From positions 186,001 to 250,000 of IMG/VR virus record IMGVR_UViG_3300011113_000805: 64,000 nucleotides of DNA. One strand, written 5' to 3'. Both the position numbers and the translations under genes were made by a program. Under the pieces are notes generated by a model. The model was not told the origin of the DNA and did not search any database. It was given only the letters and a program-made list of their open reading frames with translations. Below, piece after piece: positions 37,267 through 46,401 of the stretch. The number at the start of each line of letters is the position of its first letter. Within the stretch, counting starts at the first letter, position 1.

Positions 37267-37752
37267 CTATTTTCCGGACTGAAGGTGTTCAACCAGCCAC
37301 TGAGCCTGAGACTTGTAAGAAAGCCCACGATCCTCAGCAGACCGAGCAACATCAGCAGCAACCCAAATAGCCCGAGCAGCCCGAGCAGCAGCCCAAGCAG
37401 CATCAGCAGCAGCCCAAATAGCCCGAGCAGCGTCAGCAGCATCAACAGCAGCCCAAGCAACCTCAGCGACGGCTTCCAGCTCCTCAGGAGTAACTCTCTT
37501 TTCATCCTCCAGCCACCGATCGACCAGGGTCAAGGCATACTGTGCCTCAGGAGTCGATGTGCCCTTCGCTCGAGCAATTGCCTCCATGGCACACCACCGA
37601 GCAAAGGCGACCAAGTCTCGGTGGGTGATGATACCAATGTGCTCCCGGCCTTGCAGGAGGATGTAGTTAGGAGCGAGGTTTTGTGTCAGCTCGACCTCAG
37701 ACAGAGTCGTCTGCTGGCCGGTAATAGGATCGATCAGTGTGTACAGGTGCAT
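37267..37752 (-). CDS. Imm5-like Ala-repeat cassette protein
   Basis: Family motifs; true start MHLYTL. Confidence 0.8.
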   Translation of the reverse strand: MHLYTLIDPITGQQTTLSEVELTQNLAPNYILLQGREHIGIITHRDLVAFARWCAMEAIARAKGTSTPEAQYALTLVDRWLEDEKRVTPEELEAVAEVAWAAVDAADAARAIWAAADAAWAAARAARAIWVAADVARSAEDRGLSYKSQAQWLVEHLQSGK

Positions 37753-37825
37753 GTCGAGCTCCGTAATGAGATCTGTTATTACAGTGCCGGCACTTTGTAC
37801 AGGCACCGCGAGCAAATAGTCGAAA

Positions 37826-38329
37826 CTATTTTTCGGACCGCAGATGCTCCACCAGCCACTGAGCTTGGACTTCGTACGAAGCAGTCTGAGTAGCCCGAGT
37901 AACCCAAGCAGTCCGAGCAGCAGCCCGAGTAGCCCAAGCAACAGCCTCAGCAGCAGCCCAAGCAGCCCCAGCAACAGCCTCAGTAGTAGCTCCAGCAGCC
38001 CAAGCAACAGCCTCAGCAGCCTGAGCAGCCCCAGCAGCCCGAGCAGCAGCTTCCAGCTCCTCAGGAGTAACACTCTGCTGGTCCTCCAGCCACCGGTCCA
38101 CCAAGGACAGGGCATGTGTCACCTTCAGGTCAGGCTCATCCACCAGTCGAGCCAGCATCTTACCAGCGCACCACCGAGCAAAGGCGACCAAGTCTCGGCG
38201 GGTGATGATGCCAATGTGCTTCCTATCTTGAAGAAGAATGCAATTGAGCTGAAGGTTTCGTGTCAGCTCTGCCTCAGACAGAGTCGTCTGCTGGCCGGTG
38301 GCAGGATCGATCAGTGTGTATTGGGCCAT
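37826..38329 (-). CDS. Imm5-like Ala-repeat cassette protein
   Basis: Family motifs. Confidence 0.8.
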   Translation of the reverse strand: MAQYTLIDPATGQQTTLSEAELTRNLQLNCILLQDRKHIGIITRRDLVAFARWCAGKMLARLVDEPDLKVTHALSLVDRWLEDQQSVTPEELEAAARAAGAAQAAEAVAWAAGATTEAVAGAAWAAAEAVAWATRAAARTAWVTRATQTASYEVQAQWLVEHLRSEK

Positions 38330-38403
38330 GTCAAATCTCCGTGATGAGACCTGTTATTTCAGTACCGGCACTTTGTACAGGTCCTGGGAGCAAATAGTCG
38401 AAA

Positions 38404-38946
38404 CTATTTTCCGGACTGGAGGTGTTCAACCAGCCAACATGCTTGGGCTTCATATGAAGCAATCTCAGTAGCCTCAGCAGCCCAAGCAGCCCGAGCAGCA
38501 GCCCAAGCAGCCTGAGCAGCAAACCGAGCAGCCTCAGCAGCAGCCCAAGCAGCCTCAACAGCCCAAGCAGCCCGAGCAGCAGCCCAAGCAGCCCCAGCAA
38601 CAGCCTGAGCGGCAGTCCAAGCAGCAGCCTCAGCAGTCCGAGCAGCCCAAGCAGCATCAGCAGCAGCTTTCAGCTCCTCAGGAGTAACACTCTGCTGATC
38701 CTCCAGCCACTGGTCGACCATGGTCAGAGTATGTGTCACCTTCAGGTCAGGCTCATCCACCAGTCGAGCCAGCATCTTACCAGCGCACCACCGAGCAAAG
38801 GCGACCAAGTCTCGATGGGTGATGATGCCAATGTGCTCCCCATCTCGAAGGAGGATGCAGCCAATCTGGAGGTTTCGGGTGAGCTCTACCTCAGACAGAG
38901 TCGTCTGCCGGCCGGTGGCAGGATCGATCAGTGTGTATTGGGCCAT
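38404..38946 (-). CDS. Imm5-like Ala-repeat cassette protein
   Basis: Family motifs. Confidence 0.8.
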   Translation of the reverse strand: MAQYTLIDPATGRQTTLSEVELTRNLQIGCILLRDGEHIGIITHRDLVAFARWCAGKMLARLVDEPDLKVTHTLTMVDQWLEDQQSVTPEELKAAADAAWAARTAEAAAWTAAQAVAGAAWAAARAAWAVEAAWAAAEAARFAAQAAWAAARAAWAAEATEIASYEAQACWLVEHLQSGK

Positions 38947-39019
38947 GTCAAATCTCCGTGATGAGACCTGTTATTTCAGTACCGGCACTTTGTACAGGTC
39001 CCGGGAGCAAATAGCTGAA

Positions 39020-39505
39020 CTATTTTCCGGACTGGAGGTGCTCAACAAACGTTTGTGCTTGAGCTTCATAAGTGATGATAGCATGATAATCAAGTGACCA
39101 GGCTATTTCAGCAATAATCTCCAAGGCCCAATTAGCATTGGCAATAACCCGCACCGGAGAAGCAATAATCCAATCCGGTGACCATATAGAAGTCTCACCA
39201 TTGGTGATCACATATCCTGCAATGAAGTCAAGTTGTTCACAGGACAGGCTATTTGGATCCTCTAACCATTGATCGGCTAGCTGTATAGCATACAAAGAAT
39301 CTGGTTCCGGTAGTTCGATCATCCGATTCTTTATCACATCTGCACACCGTCGAGCGAAGACGACCAAGTCTCTATATGTAACGACACCAATATGGTTATT
39401 CCCTTGAAGAAGAATGCAATTAAGCATAAGATTTTGCAATAGCTCGGTTTTAGGTACAGTTTTGCTAAAGCCTGTGAAAGGATTGATTAGAGTGTAATGG
39501 ATCAT
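39020..39505 (-). CDS. Imm5-like cassette protein without Ala repeats
   Basis: Constant termini retained; middle is unique sequence. Confidence 0.8.
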   Translation of the reverse strand: MIHYTLINPFTGFSKTVPKTELLQNLMLNCILLQGNNHIGVVTYRDLVVFARRCADVIKNRMIELPEPDSLYAIQLADQWLEDPNSLSCEQLDFIAGYVITNGETSIWSPDWIIASPVRVIANANWALEIIAEIAWSLDYHAIITYEAQAQTFVEHLQSGK

Positions 39506-39577
39506 AGGAATTCCATGATGAGATCTGTTATTACAGTGCCGGCACTTTGTACAGGCACCGCGAGCAAATAGTCGAAA

Positions 39578-39713
39578 CTATTTTTCGGACCGCAGATGCT
39601 CCACCAGCCACTGAGCTTGAGACTTGTTGTGCTCCTCATCTCGAAGGAGGATGCAATCCTGCCTGAGGTTTCGTGTCAGCTCGACCTTGGACAGGTCGCC
39701 CACCGGCCGGGTC
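39578..39713 (-). pseudogene. Remnant Imm5-like cassette with an in-frame internal deletion
   Basis: Reads LSKVELTRNLRQDCILLRDEEH|NKSQAQWLVEHLRSEK*; start and promoter missing. Confidence 0.75.
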
Positions 39714-40131
39714 AGGCCACCCTCTTCGATCCGCCCTTCTTGGGGGCAACCGGGCCGCGGAAGACCAGGGTGTTGACCACTCCCAAGTACCCGATCGGCT
39801 CCCCCTCAGCAGCCTTCTGCATCGCCTCGGAGGCTACCTCGTCGAGGCCTTCGGACCCTGGCACGGAGAATGCCACGTCCACGTCAGAGTCGTCACGGAA
39901 CCTGTTCCTCTCAAGAACGGAGCCGATGATCCACACGGACACCTCCTCCGCTGGGAGGTCGAGGACCTCCGCGGCCAGTTCCTTGAGGGAGGGTGCGGCG
40001 CCGGCCACGGCGCGGATGGCATCCTTTCTGTACGCGTCGAGGTCGGGGTCTTGGGAGGCAAGGACCTCGTTGAGGGAATGTGTCACTTCTTCACGGATGA
40101 TAGACTTGAGCTTGGATAACTTTATCTTCAT
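39712..40131 (-). CDS. Leader-bearing minimal nucleotidyltransferase (Pol beta superfamily)
   Basis: IIGSV....F..DSDVDVA; leader MKIKLSKLKSIIREEVTHSLNE. Confidence 0.75.
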   Translation of the reverse strand: MKIKLSKLKSIIREEVTHSLNEVLASQDPDLDAYRKDAIRAVAGAAPSLKELAAEVLDLPAEEVSVWIIGSVLERNRFRDDSDVDVAFSVPGSEGLDEVASEAMQKAAEGEPIGYLGVVNTLVFRGPVAPKKGGSKRVA

Positions 40132-40220
40132 GGGCAATAAGTATGTCTGCCGCCGAGAAACCCATTAAAGAATAAAAGCGGGTCAAGTCGTGCGGGCTGT
40201 TTGGAGCAACTTTTGTATCT

Positions 40221-40703
40221 TTATTGACCAGACTTCAGGTGTTCCACAAACCACTGTGCCTGAGACTTGTAAGAAAGCCCACGATCCTCAGCAGACCGAG
40301 CAACATCAGCAGCAGCCTCAGCAGCGTCAGCAGCATCAACAGCAGCCCAAATAGCCTCAGCAGCAGCCCAAGCAGCCCGAGCAGCAGCCTCAGCACCAGC
40401 CCGAGCAGCAGCCTTAGCAGCGTCTTTCAACTCCTCAGAAGTGATGCTTAGCTCATCATCCAGCCACTGGTCGACCATGGTCAGAGCATGCGTCACCTTC
40501 AGGTCAGGCTCATCCACCAGTCGAGCCAGCATCTTACCAGCGCACCACCTAGCAAAGGCGACCAAGTCTCGGTGGGTGATGATGCCAATGTGCTCCCCAT
40601 CTCGAAGAAGGATGCAGTTGAGCTGGAGGTTTCGTGTCAGCTCGACCTCAGACAGAGTCGTCTGCCAGCCGGTGGCAGGATCAATCAAAACATAGTCAGG
40701 CAT
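40221..40703 (-). CDS. Imm5-like Ala-repeat cassette protein
   Basis: Family motifs. Confidence 0.8.
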   Translation of the reverse strand: MPDYVLIDPATGWQTTLSEVELTRNLQLNCILLRDGEHIGIITHRDLVAFARWCAGKMLARLVDEPDLKVTHALTMVDQWLDDELSITSEELKDAAKAAARAGAEAAARAAWAAAEAIWAAVDAADAAEAAADVARSAEDRGLSYKSQAQWFVEHLKSGQ

Positions 40704-40778
40704 GTCCAGGACTCCGTGATGAGATCTGTTATTTCGGCTGAGTCGCTTTGTACAGGCACCGCGAGCAAATAGTCGAAA

Positions 40779-41270
40779 CTATTTTTCGGACCGCAGATGC
40801 TCCACCAGCCAACGTGCTTGGGCTTCATATGAAGCAATCTCAGCAGCAATCTCGACAGCAGCCCAAGTAGCATGAGCAGCGGCCTGAGCAGCCGTGGTAG
40901 CAGCCCAAGCAGCCCGAGCAGCAGCCCAAGCAGTAGCCCGAGCAGCAGCCCGAGCAGCAGCCCCAGCATCCCAAGCATCAAAAGCAGCAGCTTCCAGCTC
41001 CTCATTGCTGACGCTCTGTTGGTCCTCCAACCACCGGTCGACCAGGATCAAGGCATACTGCGTCTCAGGAGCAGGTGTGCCCTTCACTCGAGCCAGTGTC
41101 TCAACTGCTAGCCATCGAACAAAGACAACCAGATCCCTATGGGTAACAATGCCAATATGCTCATTCTCTCGAGCAAGAATGTCATTGCTGGCTATTTTTC
41201 GTGTTAGATCATGCTCTTGTACAATTTTGTTCATTCCCGTAATGGGATTAATTAGTGTATACTCTGTCAT
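40779..41270 (-). CDS. Imm5-like Ala-repeat cassette protein
   Basis: Family motifs; preceded by TTGTAA-N18-TATAAT instead of a class A element. Confidence 0.8.
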   Translation of the reverse strand: MTEYTLINPITGMNKIVQEHDLTRKIASNDILARENEHIGIVTHRDLVVFVRWLAVETLARVKGTPAPETQYALILVDRWLEDQQSVSNEELEAAAFDAWDAGAAARAAARATAWAAARAAWAATTAAQAAAHATWAAVEIAAEIASYEAQARWLVEHLRSEK

Positions 41271-41336
41271 GGCATTTTCCTTAAAGGATTATACCAATCA
41301 AGGTCTCACATTTACAAATTTGAACACCTAACGCTT

Positions 41337-41933
41337 TCACTCGAACTTAATCAATCCCAAACCGGTGAGAGCATCGATGGTTGGTGTTCCTTTCTTTCTA
41401 TAAACTTTGGAAAGTGGTGATCCCTGCCACGTTTCGCCAGGCTGTAGTTTCGCATTAGATGACCTTTGAATACAGTCATCCTCTTCTATGTCAGGTGTGA
41501 TTGTGCCTGGCTTTGAATCAAGCTGTTGATAATGAACATCCGAACGATTGTCATAGTAATACTGCCATACCCTTTTTGCATCAGGTGAAATAATTTTTCT
41601 GTCAGACATCAAGCCAGCAGGACCGGCCAGCTCCATAGCTATATCATAGAGGAGTGGACCCAGCCCGCGGATTCTTGTGTCAGAAGTGTTAACTTCGTAT
41701 GCACCTAAGCAATTCCCGTAGTCTGGCATAGGACGAGCCATTGACAAGGTTCCAACTGAATTGTAGGCATCTTCGAATTTCTCAGCTATAATACGATACC
41801 CGCCTAGTCCAAATTTTGTTTTTGTTACTTTAAAATGTATTCCAAGTTCTGCAGCTTTCTTCGGGGTTAGTGCTGCCTCGACAAGAAGGGTCTCACGGAT
41901 GAGCTGTCGAAGCCTATGCTCAGTGATTCTCAT
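41337..41933 (-). CDS. Leader-bearing GNAT-like acetyltransferase
   Basis: MRITEHRLRQLIRETLLVEA; RGLGPLLYDIAME...SDR..IS..A.RVW. Confidence 0.7.
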   Translation of the reverse strand: MRITEHRLRQLIRETLLVEAALTPKKAAELGIHFKVTKTKFGLGGYRIIAEKFEDAYNSVGTLSMARPMPDYGNCLGAYEVNTSDTRIRGLGPLLYDIAMELAGPAGLMSDRKIISPDAKRVWQYYYDNRSDVHYQQLDSKPGTITPDIEEDDCIQRSSNAKLQPGETWQGSPLSKVYRKKGTPTIDALTGLGLIKFE

Positions 41934-43027
41934 GATACACTCACAATTTCCATCCAGTCGGCCCAAATTGTTCCAAGACCGATGACTTCCTTTTCACTTG
42001 AGAAGTCTTCAAATTCATCAAGGTCCACACCGTAGAAACCCTCAGCATCGAGGAATTTACCAGGATTATTCGCTTTGCTGGCAGCAAAGACTACGGCATA
42101 CAAATTCTTTCCTCTCCTATGCCTATTACGTAATGAGAATTCCTTGGCAATCTCATATGAGGATGACCATGAGGAGGAAAATCTGTCTTCAAGTGGCTTA
42201 ATCTCGAATTTCCCCTTCATCTCCTGCGTCTTGATGCTTGAATCAATTTTCGTGATATCAATCCCCATTCTTTCAAGATCATCGATGTTGAGCAACATTC
42301 CTCGATAGTAGGTACCAGAAGGAGGTTCCATGAAGATGTCTGGGTAGAGGTTGTCCTTTATAAAGCTCATGGCAAGTTGTGATTGCTGGCGAGAAAGGGA
42401 ACGTTTTCCTAAGAAGTGATTACGGATTGAACGAAGAAGGGCGTTCTCAATACTAGTGTTCTTCTCCATTGGAGGAGGACGGGCATTCATCATCTGTCTT
42501 TGCGGTGAGAATGCATACTTGCCAAGTGGGGATTCAGGTGGTGCCTTGGGCTCATATGCAGCCTCATACTCGGCAGCTCTACGACTCTCATCATCAGCTT
42601 CGCGACTTCTCTTCTCCTTTGTGATGGAGTCCGCATCCTTCCGGAGACGGTTTCCCACCCTCTTGATTCCCCTGGAAGCTCTCAGGTTCTTCCTATCATC
42701 GTTGTTGATGAACCTGACAAGCTGTCGGTAGATCCTAGCTAGGAATTTCCCGCCCGGTGTCTCTTTAAGAACGCTGTCGATGACATCATCAGGAGACTCA
42801 TTGGCACCGTAGTCGAACCTGAAACCGGGTACAGACTCCTCGATGATACCAGCAAACTCACCATATGTCGGCCATCGACCGTTGATCACCTCGAAGCTGG
42901 ATCGAATCGTGAACTTCCAATAGTCAAAGACGCCATGGATGGAGTCACCGTCAGAATAGTTGATCCTCGCCTCCGTTAGTAACGTCTCGCGGACGAGCTG
43001 TCGAAGCCTAGACTCAGTGATTCTCAT
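41930..43027 (-). CDS. Leader-bearing R-S-E ADP-ribosyltransferase with an extra N-terminal domain
   Basis: YYRG, SSSWS...A.EF, EKEVI. Confidence 0.75.
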   Translation of the reverse strand: MRITESRLRQLVRETLLTEARINYSDGDSIHGVFDYWKFTIRSSFEVINGRWPTYGEFAGIIEESVPGFRFDYGANESPDDVIDSVLKETPGGKFLARIYRQLVRFINNDDRKNLRASRGIKRVGNRLRKDADSITKEKRSREADDESRRAAEYEAAYEPKAPPESPLGKYAFSPQRQMMNARPPPMEKNTSIENALLRSIRNHFLGKRSLSRQQSQLAMSFIKDNLYPDIFMEPPSGTYYRGMLLNIDDLERMGIDITKIDSSIKTQEMKGKFEIKPLEDRFSSSWSSSYEIAKEFSLRNRHRRGKNLYAVVFAASKANNPGKFLDAEGFYGVDLDEFEDFSSEKEVIGLGTIWADWMEIVSVS

Positions 43028-43512
43028 GGCAGCTCTCCCTTGTAATAATGACTTCCTTTATCTTCCGGAAGTTCACTGAGATCTCGTCTCTCACCCTCTC
43101 GGAAGCCAGCAGCAATAAAGGCTCTTTGCGACTCTTTGTTTATATCTGCAATCCAAACCCTTGCTGGTAAATGCGAAGGATCGTTAAAGAACTCACTGAT
43201 TGCCTTTCTTGCATAGCCTTTGCCTCTTGCCGATGGATCGACGTAAATTGCCCCAGCACGCCAATAGCCTCTATCAAATCTAGGAGTCATAAATCCTACA
43301 GGGTTACCGGAATCATCAAGTATTACGAAACGCGCTGCATCCTTTTCAGGCCCCTTTACGAGGTTCAATCCGGCAAACTCAGGATGCCTGTCTGCATCAT
43401 TAAGGAGACTGTTGAGACGTTCTATGCCTTGATTACCAAGTGATGCTGGTTTAGTCAGTTCCTCCCTAATAAGCTGTCGAAGGAGCGTTTCTATGATGTG
43501 CATTCTAATCAT
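43024..43512 (-). CDS. Leader-bearing GNAT acetyltransferase
   Basis: IYVDPSARGKGYA motif A, N..SQ..F..AGF motif B. Confidence 0.85.
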   Translation of the reverse strand: MIRMHIIETLLRQLIREELTKPASLGNQGIERLNSLLNDADRHPEFAGLNLVKGPEKDAARFVILDDSGNPVGFMTPRFDRGYWRAGAIYVDPSARGKGYARKAISEFFNDPSHLPARVWIADINKESQRAFIAAGFREGERRDLSELPEDKGSHYYKGELP

Positions 43513-44029
43513 TGTCCTTAAATGATAGACTCCTGGTAACACTTGGCATTGTACTTGTCGCTTTCCTGAAAGCATTCATGTATTCTTTTGATGTTACATT
43601 GTGCCGTCTATTTTTGTAATCAGGGAAGCCTTCATCTGCCATCACCCGTTCCATATGAGACTCATCCTCACCGGCCTCCAAGCGAACCTTGTTAAGATGC
43701 TCAATTGTTCCAGTGTATGGACTATATCGACTACTAAATCCAACAAGACTCTTTGTTAGTGTTTGTGCAGGTTCCTGAATCCACTCATCATCACGTTTAA
43801 TGTATTGTTCATAAACTACCCGACCACCGTCATCAGCATTGTCATCCCGTTGCATCTCAATTACACGCGCAATCTGACCTGCATCACCCGAGAATATGAA
43901 TAAGTCTGAAAAGTGCGGTGTGAGAGTCTTTCGAGAACGCTTTAACTTAAAGTCGACTGGAACAACATCACCTTCATGGATGAGCTCTTCCCTAACAATG
44001 CGTCTTAAGATTTTTTCTGAAATTATCAT
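43505..44029 (-). CDS. Leader-bearing hypothetical protein
   Basis: MIISEKILRRIVREELIHEG. Confidence 0.7.
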   Translation of the reverse strand: MIISEKILRRIVREELIHEGDVVPVDFKLKRSRKTLTPHFSDLFIFSGDAGQIARVIEMQRDDNADDGGRVVYEQYIKRDDEWIQEPAQTLTKSLVGFSSRYSPYTGTIEHLNKVRLEAGEDESHMERVMADEGFPDYKNRRHNVTSKEYMNAFRKATSTMPSVTRSLSFKDND

Positions 44030-44062
44030 AGCTACCCTCCTCGAAAATTTATGTCACTATAT

Positions 44063-44692
44063 CTATGCATAAACGATTAGATCAAGCTCGAGCAACGCAT
44101 CAAGGGTAGATGTTTGTCCATCAGCACGTTTGTAAGCTTTAGACAAAGACGACTCAGGCCACATTTCTTCGGTACCATACATGTCATCTGACCATATTCT
44201 TGCGCTGGATTGCACACAGTCGTCTTCTGGGTCTTTTGTCCGAGGTGCCTCTATATCATCGAGTTGTTGTGACCTGATATCAGGCCTTTTGGCATGATAA
44301 TAATCCCAGACACGATGTGCGTTATGAGATACATTTACACGGTCCGAGGTAAGTGGGTCAGGATTGACAAGGTCAATCATAAGGTCATACATAAGTGGAC
44401 CAAGACCATCAATGTATACATAAGATCCATCAATTGACCAAGCACCTAAACATGGATCATTTTCCTTGTGACAAGATAAAAATCCGGCTGTGGTATTATC
44501 ATTTCGATAATATGCTCGGATTTCAATATACTCTGCCTGACGTCTATCTTTGATCTTAAATTTTATGCCTTTTCTTTGTGCATCACTTGGACTTAAAGCA
44601 GCCTCGGTTAGAAGATAAAACTCACGAATGAGTTGACGCAGTTTACGCTCTGCTAGTTTGATGTTGCATCTCAAGTTAGGGATATTTCTCAT
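44063..44692 (-). CDS. Leader-bearing GNAT-like acetyltransferase
   Basis: KLAERKLRQLIREFYLLTEA; GLGPLMYD...SDR..VS..A.RVW. Confidence 0.7.
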   Translation of the reverse strand: MRNIPNLRCNIKLAERKLRQLIREFYLLTEAALSPSDAQRKGIKFKIKDRRQAEYIEIRAYYRNDNTTAGFLSCHKENDPCLGAWSIDGSYVYIDGLGPLMYDLMIDLVNPDPLTSDRVNVSHNAHRVWDYYHAKRPDIRSQQLDDIEAPRTKDPEDDCVQSSARIWSDDMYGTEEMWPESSLSKAYKRADGQTSTLDALLELDLIVYA

Positions 44693-44842
44693 GACTATTT
44701 TCCCTTGCCTGTAGTTTGAATAGCTTTTGTTTCTCAAACGTGGGATCTGTCGCATCTGAAGTGTACTGAAGCTCTTGTGTTCTTTTCGCAAATCCCGCAA
44801 AGTCCTCAAGTAGAATTTCATGAATCAGATTTCTAATAGTGT

Positions 44843-45622
44843 TCATGTGATTCTCACAATATACATGTGATCTAGCTTGATAGATCCAATGCTAATAACT
44901 TCTTGCTCACGTGTATAAATGCCTCCTATGCCACCAATGCCATACAATGACTTAGCATCTAAAAACTTATAACGGTTATCAGCAGGTGATGCACAAAGAA
45001 TTACGTTATACAAATGCTTTGAACCTGCAGGCATAGACCAATATCCTCTATTTGCAAATTCGGTGGCAATTTTAGCGCTGATTGTCCATGAAGACACAGG
45101 GCGATTATCCTTATTTGTGATCACGGTATTGGTGTCATATCGTTCAGCAATTTTTCTCAAATCTTCTGTGGTCTCGATTTCAAATGAATCTTTTGCTTCA
45201 AGAGTCTCGACATCAGAAAACAGATTAGGTGGAAGCATTTTTCTTAATGTGTCGATTGATAGCAAAACACCTCTATAGACAACGTCTTCCTCAGGTTCCT
45301 TAAAAACGTCTGAGTATTTTCCTTTTTTCAAGAAATCAGAAACGATGTTGGCATATTCAGAATTTTTTGTAAATGATTGGCTGCTTTCCGGATCGGAGAA
45401 GTGCATATACAAAGACCAAAAGAGTTTTTGTTCGAAATCCGTATTTGGTTCTTGCGGAGGACGTGGTAGAGGTGCCGGGGGCCCTTGACGCTGTGGAGAA
45501 AAAGCGTACCTCCCTAGTGGCTCATCAGCTGTCATATTGGCAAGAGCCTTTTCGTCTGATTCACTCTCAGCCAATAGGATCTGACGTATAATATGACGAA
45601 TGTTTTTCTCACTCATCATCAT
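44843..45622 (-). CDS. Leader-bearing R-S-E ADP-ribosyltransferase
   Basis: VYRG, SSWT...A.EF, EQEVI. Confidence 0.75.
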   Translation of the reverse strand: MMMSEKNIRHIIRQILLAESESDEKALANMTADEPLGRYAFSPQRQGPPAPLPRPPQEPNTDFEQKLFWSLYMHFSDPESSQSFTKNSEYANIVSDFLKKGKYSDVFKEPEEDVVYRGVLLSIDTLRKMLPPNLFSDVETLEAKDSFEIETTEDLRKIAERYDTNTVITNKDNRPVSSWTISAKIATEFANRGYWSMPAGSKHLYNVILCASPADNRYKFLDAKSLYGIGGIGGIYTREQEVISIGSIKLDHMYIVRIT

Positions 45623-46376
45623 AAGACTCCTCCTTTATTCTGCAGGCCAAAACACTATTGACCTGAATTGTTCCTGTCCCAATGACTTCTTCTTCATAAT
45701 CATAGGAACTAATCTCTCTAAGACGATAAAGTCCTTCACAGTCTATAAATTTTCCTGGATTGTTTTCGATTTTGGCACAGAAAACAATGCAAATATCATC
45801 TTCAACTGCATTCTTTAGGGAAAATTTGACTGCTGTAGAAAGCGCTTTAGTCCAAGATGTTGTATATTTCCCACCCCTGTTTGTGATATCAATTTTCATG
45901 TTAAGCTTTTTCATTCTCTTGCCAATGGCATCAAAATCACCATCGTAATTCATGCCACCAATTGTATTGGGTATGTTGACAAAAGGAATTTTTTCAATGT
46001 CAATATTTGGCAAAACGCTCTTTATGCTTGAAGAACCTTCGAAATGAATTCCACGGTAAATTGTAGCTGCAGGTGGCTCCGCAAAGATATCAGAATAGAG
46101 GCCGACTCTAATGAATTCCTTGATTTGATTAACAGTTTCCTGAGGTATTGGCAAATTATTTCGAAAATGAGAAACTAACTGTAAACGTAAGCCCTCTTCA
46201 TCTGTCGTGTTTTGCTCATAGGGAGGTAATGGTGATCGTGCCCAATGACGATTCGATGCATCGGCAAATGCATACTTTCCAAGTGGGGCATCAATAGGTG
46301 CCTCTGGTTTGTAAGAGTCAACAGCTTCGGTCAAAAGAATATGACGTATAAGCTGTAGGATTGTGGAATCATTCAT
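45609..46376 (-). CDS. Leader-bearing R-S-E ADP-ribosyltransferase
   Basis: IYRG, TSWT...A.KF, EEEVI. Confidence 0.75.
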   Translation of the reverse strand: MNDSTILQLIRHILLTEAVDSYKPEAPIDAPLGKYAFADASNRHWARSPLPPYEQNTTDEEGLRLQLVSHFRNNLPIPQETVNQIKEFIRVGLYSDIFAEPPAATIYRGIHFEGSSSIKSVLPNIDIEKIPFVNIPNTIGGMNYDGDFDAIGKRMKKLNMKIDITNRGGKYTTSWTKALSTAVKFSLKNAVEDDICIVFCAKIENNPGKFIDCEGLYRLREISSYDYEEEVIGTGTIQVNSVLACRIKEESYDDE

Positions 46377-46401
46377 CGCATGTTTCCTTTTAATGGCTTG
46401 T

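Noticed and set aside
23553-40756. CRISPR array or classical integron attC sites
   Set aside because: Repeats are separated by whole paralogous genes, not 30-40 nt spacers. I see no RYYYAAC/GTTRRRY-bounded attC structure, and no cas or integrase gene in the window.
23489-41111. Ser/Pro-rich plus-strand ORFs and Leu/Gly-rich alternative-frame ORFs over the cassettes
   Set aside because: These are shadows of the stop-free GCT-rich repeats.
23600-41270. Cassettes forming a polyprotein by TAG read-through (the junction translates as PVQSAGTIITDLITE)
   Set aside because: Only about a third of the junctions keep frame (25269, 24717, 40779), as expected by chance, and each gene has its own RBS.
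23600-41270. Diversity-generating retroelement
   Set aside because: No reverse transcriptase in the window. Variation is block exchange and repeat-length change, not adenine-specific substitution.
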